DNA of 17,937 bases, from NCBI GenBank assembly GCA_964460115.1, contig CAYWPR010000110.1, forward strand, positions 1 to 17,937, in the 5' to 3' direction. Within the stretch, counting starts at the first letter, position 1. Each line of letters opens with the position of its first letter. The notes beneath the pieces were generated by a model, which was given only the letters and a program-made list of their open reading frames with translations, was not told the origin of the DNA and searched no databases. A program made the position numbers and the translations under genes. Origin of the DNA: an uncultured Myxococcales bacterium (GTDB taxonomy: Bacteria > Myxococcota_A > Polyangia > Palsa-1104 > JAEUJZ01). This document shows positions 7,715 through 15,058 of this stretch, in pieces.

Positions 7715-7740
7715 GGGCGAGCGGCTCCAGCTTGCGGGCG

Positions 7741-8271
7741 CTATAGCAGTTTGCCAAGCGGCCCGAGATCCAGATTGAGGTCTTCTTCACGCAGGCCGAA
7801 GGCTTCGCGCAGGCGGTGTAGCTCTTCGGCTTGGCGCATTAGAGTCAGGCCGAGTTGTTCGATTTGTTCATCGCTTAAAGTTCCCGATTCGACGCGGCGC
7901 AGGGCCTGCTTTTCCAGCAAATCGTGCAGCAGTTTGACGAGCGTTAGCACCAATTGCCCCAGTCCATTTTTGACGCTGTCGGGATCGATATTGATGCGGC
8001 GCGACGGTCCTAATGCAGGCTCAGCCGGAGCGGTTTTTGCTGCCGCTGTTTTCGTCGACTTTTTTGCCGCTTTGGCCGAATTTGTCGGCTTTTTCGTCGA
8101 TTTCGCCGGTTTCGTCGTCAGCTTCGGCATCGACTTCGTCGGCTTCGTCGATTTCATCGTCGGCTTCGTCGATTTCATCGTCGGCTTCGTCGTCGATTTC
8201 GTCATGAGGCAGTTCTTCGTCATCCTCAACTGCCGCTTCTTCGTCCCCAGATGCGGCTTGCTCCAACTCAT
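7741..8271 (-). CDS. gvpK: Gas vesicle protein GvpK with Lys/Thr-rich repetitive N-terminal extension (start uncertain: ATG at 8271, 8223, 8205, 8178, 8157 or 8130)
   Basis: The C-terminal 86 aa are RINIDPDSVKNGLGQLVLTLVKLLHDLLEKQALRRVESGTLSDEQIEQLGLTLMRQAEELHRLREAFGLREEDLNLDLGPLGKLL, the conserved GvpK pattern. The only in-frame ATGs lie upstream of the gvpG stop (8021), so any ATG start overlaps gvpG in another frame. The maximal ORF adds 90 aa containing TKPTMKS repeats. Confidence 0.7.
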   Translation of the reverse strand: MSWSKPHLGTKKRQLRMTKNCLMTKSTTKPTMKSTKPTMKSTKPTKSMPKLTTKPAKSTKKPTNSAKAAKKSTKTAAAKTAPAEPALGPSRRINIDPDSVKNGLGQLVLTLVKLLHDLLEKQALRRVESGTLSDEQIEQLGLTLMRQAEELHRLREAFGLREEDLNLDLGPLGKLL

Positions 8272-8479
8272 CCAGCCGGTCTAGCAGCAGCTTTTCTTCA
8301 TGATCAAACTCTGACTCAGAGATCTGATTTGTCTCGAGCAGCATATAAAGTTCGCGCAAACGGTCTTTGATGCGGTCGGATTCTGCTGCTTGTTCTTCCT
8401 CTGCAGCTTGCGCGATTTCTTTCAAAATCCAGACCACGCCTTTGATGGGTGCGGTCAGTAGATCATCAAGAATAAACAT
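8021..8479 (-). CDS. gvpG: Gas vesicle protein GvpG with long poly-acidic repeat C-terminal tail
   Basis: MFILDDLLTAPIKGVVWILKEIAQAAEEEQAAESDRIKDRLRELYMLLETNQISESEFDHEEKLLLDRLDEL matches the GvpG family consensus (MF..DDLL..P..G..WI...I...AE...L.EL...LE.G.I.E.E....E..LL.RL). It is followed by a DEIDEAD-type acidic repeat tail (aa ~80-152) ending at the TGA at 8021-8023. Confidence 0.8.
   Translation of the reverse strand: MFILDDLLTAPIKGVVWILKEIAQAAEEEQAAESDRIKDRLRELYMLLETNQISESEFDHEEKLLLDRLDELEQAASGDEEAAVEDDEELPHDEIDDEADDEIDEADDEIDEADEVDAEADDETGEIDEKADKFGQSGKKVDENSGSKNRSG
8086..8210. repeat. Tandem 21-bp repeat (gtcggcttcgtcgatttcatc, about 3 clean copies at 8138-8203 plus degenerate copies 8086-8137)
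   Basis: Direct repeats read in the sequence; the unit length is a multiple of 3. On the minus strand the repeat encodes DEIDEAD in the gvpG frame and TKPTMKS in the gvpK frame. It also generates the plus-strand shadow ORFs 7751..8284 and 8013..8207. Confidence 0.85.
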
Positions 8480-8519
8480 GGACTTTCAGGCCGCGCCCCT
8501 TGGCCACGGGCTTTGCGCA

Positions 8520-8600
8520 GTGCAAGTGGGCGTATTTTCACAGGAAATATTATGTAAATAATAACACTAATAAATGGATTGGAAAAGTGCTGCCTGTCCT
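8520..8600 (-). promoter_or_regulatory. AT-rich island upstream of gvpG; candidate promoter for gvpG-gvpK-gvpJ
   Basis: Minus-sense sequence ttattagtgTTATTATTtacataatatttcctgtgaaaatacgcc contains TTTACA and, 17 nt later, an A/T-rich block. It shares the octamer TTATTATT with the 4154-4271 island. Assignment is by position and composition only. Confidence 0.3.
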
Positions 8601-8604
8601 GAAA

Positions 8605-8660
8605 AAGGACGCAGAAAGCCCCGTAAGCGTTTGCTCACGGGACTTTACGGGTAGGACTGC
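8605..8660 (-). terminator. Possible intrinsic terminator of the OmpA-family gene
   Basis: The minus-strand RNA would form CCCGT-gagcaaacgctt-ACGGG (or a 7-bp CCCGTAA/TTACGGG stem) followed by GCTTTCTGCGTCCTTTTTC. The U-rich run is interrupted, so this is weak. Confidence 0.3.
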
Positions 8661-8693
8661 GAAGGAAATTAAAAGCGGGAAGGAGTGAAAAGC

Positions 8694-10568
8694 TTACTCG
8701 CCCTGATTCGTGCGGGCGGTGCCTTCCACGATGCGGAACTCGACGCGGCGGTTTTTGGCGCGGCCGGCCGCGGTCGTATTGGGTGCGACCGGTTGATCCG
8801 GGCCAAAGCCCTGCGATTCTAGACGATCTGCTTCGATGCTGTGCGCGATGAGCCAAGTCATAACGCTGCGCGCTCGGCGCTGCGACAGATCGATATTGTA
8901 GATGTGCACACCCTGGCTGTCCGTATGTCCTTCGATGCGGACCCGCTTGATGTTGGGCGTAGCAATGAGCGCGTCGGCCACTGCCTGCAGGACCGGGTAG
9001 CTTTGCGCCAGAATGATGTCCTTATCGAGCGCAAAGAACACCGGCTTGAGGATCACCAGCTTGCCGCCATGAATCTGAACCAGACTTGGGCAGCCGTTCT
9101 TCCGCGGATTGGGATGCGGCGCACCTGGGGTATCCGGACAAGCGTCTACCTTATCGGGGACGGTGTCTTTGTCGCGGTCGGGCAGCGGGCAGCCAATGCG
9201 CTCCGGATCGGGGTGCAGTCCGGAAGGCTCAAAGACGCACTTATCAATGGTGTCTACGTAGCCATCCTTGTCACTGTCGAGAGCCGGACAGCCCAAGCGG
9301 TTCGGATCCGGGGTCGGGCCCATATGCTCATCCGGACACAGGTCCAGCTTGTCGGGTACGCCATCGCGATCGCGATCCGACTCGGGCGGCTGCGGACAGC
9401 CACGGCGCAGCGGATCGGGCGTCGGGCCCATATGCTCGTCGGGGCAGACGTCATCTTGATCGGGCACGCCGTCGCGATCGCGGTCGGCCACTGGCGGACA
9501 GCCGTGGGTGCTGGGAACACCAGTGCGAATGCCGCGTACATCCGGACAAGCATCTTCGCCGTCAGGAATGCCGTCGCCATCGCGATCCGTTTCCTTGGCG
9601 CGCACCGGAGCATAGGCCACGCGCAGCAGCCAGCGGAAGTCAGGATTGCCCGCCTGACGGACAAAGCCAGTGCCAAAGGCCATACCGACCTGAACAAGCT
9701 TGGCGATGTTGTACTGACCGCCGACCAAAGCCGATACGCTGGTGCCAAAGCGCGAAAACGCATCGCGGCCCAGCACCTGGCCAGAGATCATTAATTCCGG
9801 GCCGACCGAGAAGCGTTTCTCTTGATCGAAGTAGGAAGCGGCCAGCGAGAACTGAATTTCCGAACCTACGCCACCCGGGTCGCCAGCATCCGCTGGAACC
9901 ATGGCCGTCGCTTCGGGACGGTAATAGAACCCAAAAGTTCCCGACCACAGCAGCTTGCGCCACACACCGCCCGCGACGAGTCGTGGCAGTATACGCACGC
10001 CCGTGTCGCTGTACGAAGGGGGCACGGCGTTGGGATCACCGGCGCGCAGCGGAATCCATAGATTTAAGCCGAAGCTGATGGACAAAATGTCCTGAAACGG
10101 CTGATTGTAAAGGCGGACCATGGCGCCTAGACGCGGATCGCCAACCGATGCGCCGCTCGAGACCGAGGGCTCGCCCTGGCTCAGAAAGACCACCGGAAGC
10201 GAGGCGGTCAATAGGACACGGTCTAAAAACGACCCGGCCAAATCCAGGTGGCCGATGAACTGATGCTCAATCAGCACGCGTCTTTGAGAAAAAGACCCGT
10301 CGGAGTTTAACGATCCGGCAACAAGCGGCTGGTGCGCATAATCTAGAGTCAGACCAGCGGCAAAATATCGCACCGAGGAGTACCACGGGTGGTCGACCGC
10401 GAAAGACCATTCACCGGCGGCCGTCGGTTCATAGCGGTTAAGTTGGAACCCCTGCGTGGGCGCTTGCTGGGCAAAAGCTGTGCCGCCCACAGACATCGCA
10501 CCCAAAAACAGGGAGAGAATGGAACATCGGAACGAGGATCGCAAAGTCACCCTCCAGTACAGAATCAA
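8694..10568 (-). CDS. OmpA-family outer-membrane protein with thrombospondin type-3 (TSP3) Ca-binding repeats and C-terminal OmpA peptidoglycan-binding domain
   Basis: Signal peptide MILYWRVTLRSSFRCSILSLFLGAMSVGGTAFAQQ, then an N-terminal beta-rich region. Multiple D.DRDG.PD..D.CPD TSP3 repeats follow (ETDRDGDGIPDGEDACPD, ADRDRDGVPDQDDVCPDEHMGPTPDP, SDRDRDGVPDKLDLCPDEHMGPTPDP, DSDKDGYVDTIDKC, DRDKDTVPDKVDACPD). The C-terminus has the OmpA-like motifs IEGHTDSQG...NIDLSQRRARSV...RRVEF. Confidence 0.8.
   Translation of the reverse strand: MILYWRVTLRSSFRCSILSLFLGAMSVGGTAFAQQAPTQGFQLNRYEPTAAGEWSFAVDHPWYSSVRYFAAGLTLDYAHQPLVAGSLNSDGSFSQRRVLIEHQFIGHLDLAGSFLDRVLLTASLPVVFLSQGEPSVSSGASVGDPRLGAMVRLYNQPFQDILSISFGLNLWIPLRAGDPNAVPPSYSDTGVRILPRLVAGGVWRKLLWSGTFGFYYRPEATAMVPADAGDPGGVGSEIQFSLAASYFDQEKRFSVGPELMISGQVLGRDAFSRFGTSVSALVGGQYNIAKLVQVGMAFGTGFVRQAGNPDFRWLLRVAYAPVRAKETDRDGDGIPDGEDACPDVRGIRTGVPSTHGCPPVADRDRDGVPDQDDVCPDEHMGPTPDPLRRGCPQPPESDRDRDGVPDKLDLCPDEHMGPTPDPNRLGCPALDSDKDGYVDTIDKCVFEPSGLHPDPERIGCPLPDRDKDTVPDKVDACPDTPGAPHPNPRKNGCPSLVQIHGGKLVILKPVFFALDKDIILAQSYPVLQAVADALIATPNIKRVRIEGHTDSQGVHIYNIDLSQRRARSVMTWLIAHSIEADRLESQGFGPDQPVAPNTTAAGRAKNRRVEFRIVEGTARTNQGE
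9100..9590. repeat. TSP3-repeat-encoding DNA, including a ~107-bp near-identical direct duplication (gggcccatatgctc... at ~9317 and ~9424)
   Basis: Repeated nucleotide blocks visible directly in the sequence. They account for the long spurious plus-strand ORFs 8841..9794 and 9086..10078. Confidence 0.6.
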
Positions 10569-10629
10569 TCCGGCGTCTGCGCCAAACTGCTCAGGCGCCG
10601 GCTTCGTTTTGGTTCTTTTTCTTTGCCTG

Positions 10630-10653
10630 ACACCGTGGCCTAGGCCGCGGTGT
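10630..10653. other. Strong GC hairpin/palindrome ACACCG-TGGCCTAGGCCG-CGGTGT 12 nt downstream of the DUF11/MYXO-CTERM gene stop
   Basis: Perfect 6-bp outer stem plus an inner GGCC..GGCC palindrome. On the transcribed (minus) strand it is followed by an A-rich rather than U-rich stretch, so it is not a canonical intrinsic terminator. Possibly a 3-prime stabilising stem-loop or a REP-like element. Confidence 0.35.
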
Positions 10654-10664
10654 TAGGTAAATGG

Positions 10665-12836
10665 TTAGTGGCTTGCTCCCTGACGTCGCCGACGCAACAT
10701 CGTGGCCAGGCCCAGGGCGGCGCCTAAGACCGCCCAAGCGCTAAGACCGCCCAAGTGGGCTGCGGAGCTTAGCGTACATCCAAAGGCTCCACCGGCGACG
10801 CGGGCACCGACGCCGTTGTTGCCAAACTCATCCCACTCGTTGTCGGCGGGATTCGTATCGTAGGCGCCTTCGGAGTAGGTGATGACGTGCACGCCGGTAC
10901 CCGGGCCAGGAGGATCGGTCGGGGTAATCGGCTGGCGTACAACGACATCCACGGCGTGGCTCATCTGGCCGGCAGGAAACTTCGTCGGGAGTGTGCACGA
11001 AATGCGACGGTCGTTCTGCGTGCAGGTCCAGCCGGGTCCCGGCGTCACCTTGTCGATGGTGCCACCTTTGGGAATATCAATCTGTACTTTGATCGGGCCC
11101 TGATCTTCGGTGTTGCCGACGTTGGTGACATCTACACCGTAGGTGGTGGGCTCTTGCGGCGCCGGCTGATCCGGGGTCTTGGTCACGGTCACGCGCAAAT
11201 CACTGCCCTTGTTGGGCACGTAGACGATGGTCGGGGCACCGGGATCGCTGGGATTACCCGACGGGAAGGTGGCAGGACCAAGGCTCGGTTTGCTTTCGGG
11301 AGTGGCAATGGTCGTGCTTTGGTTCGGAATCTGCGGGGGGGCATTGTTGACGGTCTTGAGCTTGTACTTGATGACAACCGGCGGATCGTTAGGCTGAAGG
11401 GAACCACCCGCCGCGCCGCCAGCGCCTCGGCCCAGGCGAACGATCAGCACGGGCTTGTTGGTCATCGGATCGATGGCGATTTCGGCTTGATCGTCGCCGG
11501 CCTTATCGGTCTTAACGCCGTTTTGCTTGCTGTCCGGTCCGCTGATGAAATTTACGGAACCGGGCACAAAGGTCATGCCATCGGGAATGGGGTGACGCAG
11601 AATCAGGCCGGTGGCGCCATCGTCGCCCACATTGACGGTGGTGGACGTAAACTCGACAGTGTCGCCAGGACGCACGCTGGACGGGTCGGCATCTAGGGTG
11701 GTGACGATGACGGGTTTGCGGCTGCGAATCGAGGTAAACATCGCACCGACATAGAAAATGTCGTCCACAGAAGTCGCTGCAATGGTGGCGCCGGTGTCGC
11801 CAGGCATCACCAGGGTCGAGATATCGGCCACATCCAGGTCCACGCCGCTCATGCTGGCTTGGCCGCCGGTAAGCTGCGGCAGATCGCCAGGCAAAGAAAA
11901 CGGCATGCCCAGCAAGGTATGGGAGCCGTTAAAGAAATTCTCACTGCCGTTGATGGCATCGGAGACAATCTTATTGTTGAAAGTGAACTTGTCTTTTAGG
12001 TCCGGATCGCCTTCATAAGCGATGACGCCGAGCTTCGCATCGGGGATGCCGTCAGTGGGAACATTGAATCCACTGATATCCAGGCTGACTGTTTGCGCGG
12101 TATCGACAAAATCCATGCCATCAAACAGCGCCAAGTTGCGTACAAGCTTGCTATTGTCTTGATAGAAGATAACAAGGGACCAGGCGGCAAAAAGCACGTC
12201 AGCTTTCTGATTGAGCAGCGTCGAGTGGGCCACACTGCTAACTCGGTACACACCAGCACCATAACGTTGCACAACGGCCGTCACGTCTGCTGAAGCCTGA
12301 AAGACGTGACCACCCGGACCACCGGGGCTTAGCTTCACATCGTCATCGATCGGACGTACCGAGACCGAAAAGCCTTTGGCACCTGGCCGATCCAGGGTTA
12401 CAGGGTTTTTAGAGTCGAGGTCTTCATCGAGTACACCCGCCCAGTACAAGCGTGCATAGGTGACGCGCTGGCCGGCAGCAAGTTGCAGCATCGCGGCACT
12501 ACGAGCTTGTTGTACTGTTACCGTATCATCCGCTACCGCAGTGCCGTTATCACTGGCATTCCAGAACACATCAGGAGCACTGTCGTTGATCGAGACGGCA
12601 TCCGTTCCACAATTGCCTACCGTCCCTACGATCGGTGCCGGAATGCCAACGCCGGCACGGCAATCTTGTCCCAGGGTATTGCCGATCAGTATCACATCGC
12701 CCTTTTGATCGATCTGAACGCGAATTTTGGGCTTCGCCGATGCGGCAGAGGGCGCCAACGCACAGAAAGCGAATAGCAGCGGCAGGAGCCCTGTGCTTCG
12801 CCAGCGCTGACGGTCAGGGAATGTTCTACGGGACAT
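10665..12836 (-). CDS. Secreted DUF11-repeat surface protein with MYXO-CTERM-like C-terminal sorting tail
   Basis: Signal peptide MSRRTFPDRQRWRSTGLLPLLFAFCALAPSAASA. Two DUF11-like repeats (VTTLDADPSSVRPGDTVEFTSTTVNVGDDGATGLIL...; DLRVTVTKTPDQPAPQEPTTYGVDVTNVGNTEDQGPIKVQIDIPKGG...WTCT...ISCTL). The C-terminus GCTLSSAAHLGGLSAWAVLGAALGLATMLRRRRQGASH has a Gly-Cys, a hydrophobic helix and an Arg cluster, the MYXO-CTERM pattern. A strong Shine-Dalgarno GAGGAGG lies 6 nt upstream of ATG 12836. Confidence 0.7.
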   Translation of the reverse strand: MSRRTFPDRQRWRSTGLLPLLFAFCALAPSAASAKPKIRVQIDQKGDVILIGNTLGQDCRAGVGIPAPIVGTVGNCGTDAVSINDSAPDVFWNASDNGTAVADDTVTVQQARSAAMLQLAAGQRVTYARLYWAGVLDEDLDSKNPVTLDRPGAKGFSVSVRPIDDDVKLSPGGPGGHVFQASADVTAVVQRYGAGVYRVSSVAHSTLLNQKADVLFAAWSLVIFYQDNSKLVRNLALFDGMDFVDTAQTVSLDISGFNVPTDGIPDAKLGVIAYEGDPDLKDKFTFNNKIVSDAINGSENFFNGSHTLLGMPFSLPGDLPQLTGGQASMSGVDLDVADISTLVMPGDTGATIAATSVDDIFYVGAMFTSIRSRKPVIVTTLDADPSSVRPGDTVEFTSTTVNVGDDGATGLILRHPIPDGMTFVPGSVNFISGPDSKQNGVKTDKAGDDQAEIAIDPMTNKPVLIVRLGRGAGGAAGGSLQPNDPPVVIKYKLKTVNNAPPQIPNQSTTIATPESKPSLGPATFPSGNPSDPGAPTIVYVPNKGSDLRVTVTKTPDQPAPQEPTTYGVDVTNVGNTEDQGPIKVQIDIPKGGTIDKVTPGPGWTCTQNDRRISCTLPTKFPAGQMSHAVDVVVRQPITPTDPPGPGTGVHVITYSEGAYDTNPADNEWDEFGNNGVGARVAGGAFGCTLSSAAHLGGLSAWAVLGAALGLATMLRRRRQGASH

Positions 12837-12942
12837 CTAAGCCTCCTCAACTTGGTGGATTGGACCGAGCATATGGACCCTAACTCTACTGCTCCGGATA
12901 CCGATCAGTACTACCAGATTGGTAGGCTCTCGAAACTTCAAC

Positions 12943-12964
12943 GAAAAAGCAAGACTCTTCTTGG
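12943..12964 (-). terminator. Possible small intrinsic terminator after P5C dehydrogenase gene
   Basis: Minus-strand RNA CAAGA-agag-UCUUG followed by CUUUUUCG, beginning 6 nt after the stop at 12970. The stem is short (5 bp), so confidence is low. Confidence 0.3.
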
Positions 12965-12969
12965 TGTGG

Positions 12970-14598
12970 TTAAGCTTCCGACATACAGCCGTAGCGGTAG
13001 TCGGTGGGCGGCAGGAAGTTCTCTTTTATGGTGCGCAGCGACGTCCAGCGCAAAAGATTGAGGGGCGATCCGGCCTTGTCATTGGTTCCGGAAGCGCGTG
13101 CGCCGCCAAAGGGTTGCTGGCCAACCACAGCTCCGGTTGGCTTGTCGTTGATGTAGAAATTGCCAGCGGACTGGCGCAAACGCGAAAGGCTGCGCGAGAT
13201 CGCCTGACGATCGCGTGCGAACACGGCTCCCGTAAGCGCATAGGGCGAAGTGCGATCGACAAGCTCCAGGGCTGTCTCAAAGTCGCGGTACAGGTGCACC
13301 GTGACCACCGGGCCAAAGATCTCTTCGCGGAGTAGTTTGTGCTGCGGATCGTCCGCCAGAATCAAAGTCGGGCGAATGAAGTAACCCTCGCTATCATTTC
13401 CGGTTCCACCGCTTATAAGGCGCGCGCCCTGGCCATCGGCCAAGCGAATGTAGGAGTTTATCGATTGGTAGGCCCGGCGGTCGATGACCGCCCCCATGAA
13501 GTTGCGAAAGTCACAGACATCGCCAACCGCAAGCGTGTTGATTTCGGCACCCAGGCGAGAAAGCAGTCGGCGCCCCATGGTTTCCGGCAGGTAAACCCGC
13601 GAAGCCGCCGAGCACTTTTGTCCCTGATATTCATAACCGCCGCGCAAAATGGCGGTCGCTAGGGAATCCTCATCCGCGCTTTCGTGCGCCAAAATGAAGT
13701 CTTTGCCGCCGGTTTCGCCAACGATGCGGGGATAGGTACGATACCGGCCCATATTGCCGGCCACCGTTTTCCAGATGTGGTTAAAAACACTCGTCGAACC
13801 GGTAAAATGGACTCCTGCCAAATCCGGATGGCACAGGGCGACATCGCCGAGTTCGGCTGCCGGTCCGTTTACCAGATTAATCACGCCCGGCGGCAGTCCG
13901 GCTTCGAGCAGCAATTCCTGAATCAGATAAGCGCTCAGAATGGCGGTGGGAGCTGGCTTCCAAACCACGACATTGCCCATCAATGCCGGTGCCGTTGCCA
14001 AGTTGCCAGCGATGCTCGTGAAGTTAAAGGGGGTGACGGCAAAGACAAAGCCCTCGAGCGGGCGCAGGTCCACCTGATTCCAGAGATCTTTGGGACTATA
14101 GGGCTGCTCGCTTTCCAGCAAGCGGCGCAGGTAGTAGACATTCCAGCGCCAGAAATCGATAAGCTCGCAGGCGGCATCGATCTCGGCCTGCAGACAAGTC
14201 TTAGACTGGCCCAGCATGGTTGCGGCGTTTAAACGGGCGCGCCACGGCCCAGCCAGCAAATTGGCCGCTCGCAAAAAGACGGCAGCGCGTTGTTCCCAGG
14301 GCAGAGCGGCCCAGCCGGCGGCTGCATGCAAGGCCGCGGTAATGGCTTGGTTCATCTCGGCGGCGCCCCCTTGATGGGCTTGGCCAAGCACATGGCGATG
14401 GCGGTGTGGGGCGGAAAGCGGCAACAGATTGCCGCTGTGCACGCGCGCTTCGCCTATATAAAGCGGAACCTCGGCCGTCTGCGACTGCATGCTGCTTAAT
14501 GCGGCCTTTAATGCGGCGCGTTCCGTGCTGCTCGGCAAGTAGCTGTAGACGGGTTCGTTTTGCGGTTCGGAATAGCGGGCGATGGTGGCAAACGTCAT
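12970..14598 (-). CDS. pruA: L-glutamate gamma-semialdehyde (delta-1-pyrroline-5-carboxylate) dehydrogenase, aldehyde dehydrogenase superfamily
   Basis: ALDH motifs FTGSTSVF, IVGETGGKDFI (catalytic Glu region) and EYQGQKCSAASR (catalytic Cys in the P5CDH-type GQKCSA context). The track ORF extends to 14670; I prefer the ATG at 14596-14598 (MTFATIARY), which avoids overlapping exbD. The symbol could equally be rocA. Confidence 0.8.
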   Translation of the reverse strand: MTFATIARYSEPQNEPVYSYLPSSTERAALKAALSSMQSQTAEVPLYIGEARVHSGNLLPLSAPHRHRHVLGQAHQGGAAEMNQAITAALHAAAGWAALPWEQRAAVFLRAANLLAGPWRARLNAATMLGQSKTCLQAEIDAACELIDFWRWNVYYLRRLLESEQPYSPKDLWNQVDLRPLEGFVFAVTPFNFTSIAGNLATAPALMGNVVVWKPAPTAILSAYLIQELLLEAGLPPGVINLVNGPAAELGDVALCHPDLAGVHFTGSTSVFNHIWKTVAGNMGRYRTYPRIVGETGGKDFILAHESADEDSLATAILRGGYEYQGQKCSAASRVYLPETMGRRLLSRLGAEINTLAVGDVCDFRNFMGAVIDRRAYQSINSYIRLADGQGARLISGGTGNDSEGYFIRPTLILADDPQHKLLREEIFGPVVTVHLYRDFETALELVDRTSPYALTGAVFARDRQAISRSLSRLRQSAGNFYINDKPTGAVVGQQPFGGARASGTNDKAGSPLNLLRWTSLRTIKENFLPPTDYRYGCMSEA

Positions 14599-14614
14599 GA
14601 TGCGCTTTCTTGAG

Positions 14615-15058
14615 CTATTTGCTGCGTCGTGTCGCGATGGCCAATCGGTGCAGGCCGATGGATTTGGCAAGCTCCATCACCGAGACAACGCGGCCATGAT
14701 GTGTGGCTTCATCAGCTTGAATGATTACTTGCGTGTCGGGATTTTCCGCATGGGCGGTGGTCAGCATGCGGCTTAGTTCGGCGGGCTCGAGCACCTGGCC
14801 GCGGACGACCATCTTTCCGTCTTGCGCGATGGCAATGGTCAAGTCCTTCTGGCCAATGTTGACTTCTTTGGTGGCGCCCTTGGGAAGGTTTACGCGCAAG
14901 CCGCTGCGGGCTCCGGCATCGGCCATGACCGACGAAGTCACCATGAAAATGATGAGCAGCACCAAAAAGATATCAGTCAGGGGCGTGATGTTGATTTCGG
15001 CAAAAATGCCTTCGTCATCGCTGCCATCGCCCTCGCCGGGAACCTTGCCAAGCGCCAT
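14615..15058 (-). CDS. exbD: ExbD/TolR family biopolymer transport protein
   Basis: EINITPLTDIFLVLLIIFMVTSSV, the single N-terminal TM typical of ExbD/TolR, followed by a periplasmic domain. Its start codon overlaps the exbB stop by 1 nt (TGATG). Confidence 0.8.
   Translation of the reverse strand: MALGKVPGEGDGSDDEGIFAEINITPLTDIFLVLLIIFMVTSSVMADAGARSGLRVNLPKGATKEVNIGQKDLTIAIAQDGKMVVRGQVLEPAELSRMLTTAHAENPDTQVIIQADEATHHGRVVSVMELAKSIGLHRLAIATRRSK

Noticed and set aside
7751-8284. Plus-strand ORFs 7751..8284 (FVDF/FVGF repeats) and 8013..8207 (poly-Ser repeat)
   Set aside because: Shadow frames generated by the 21-bp tandem repeat opposite gvpG/gvpK. The opposite strand carries two well-supported gvp genes.
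14599-14670. Longer pruA start at 14670 (track ORF) adding MPNPSACTDWPSRHDAANSSRKRI
   Set aside because: It would overlap the exbD 3-prime end by 56 nt. ATG 14598 (MTFATIARY) gives a typical P5CDH N-terminus and a clean 16-nt intergenic gap.
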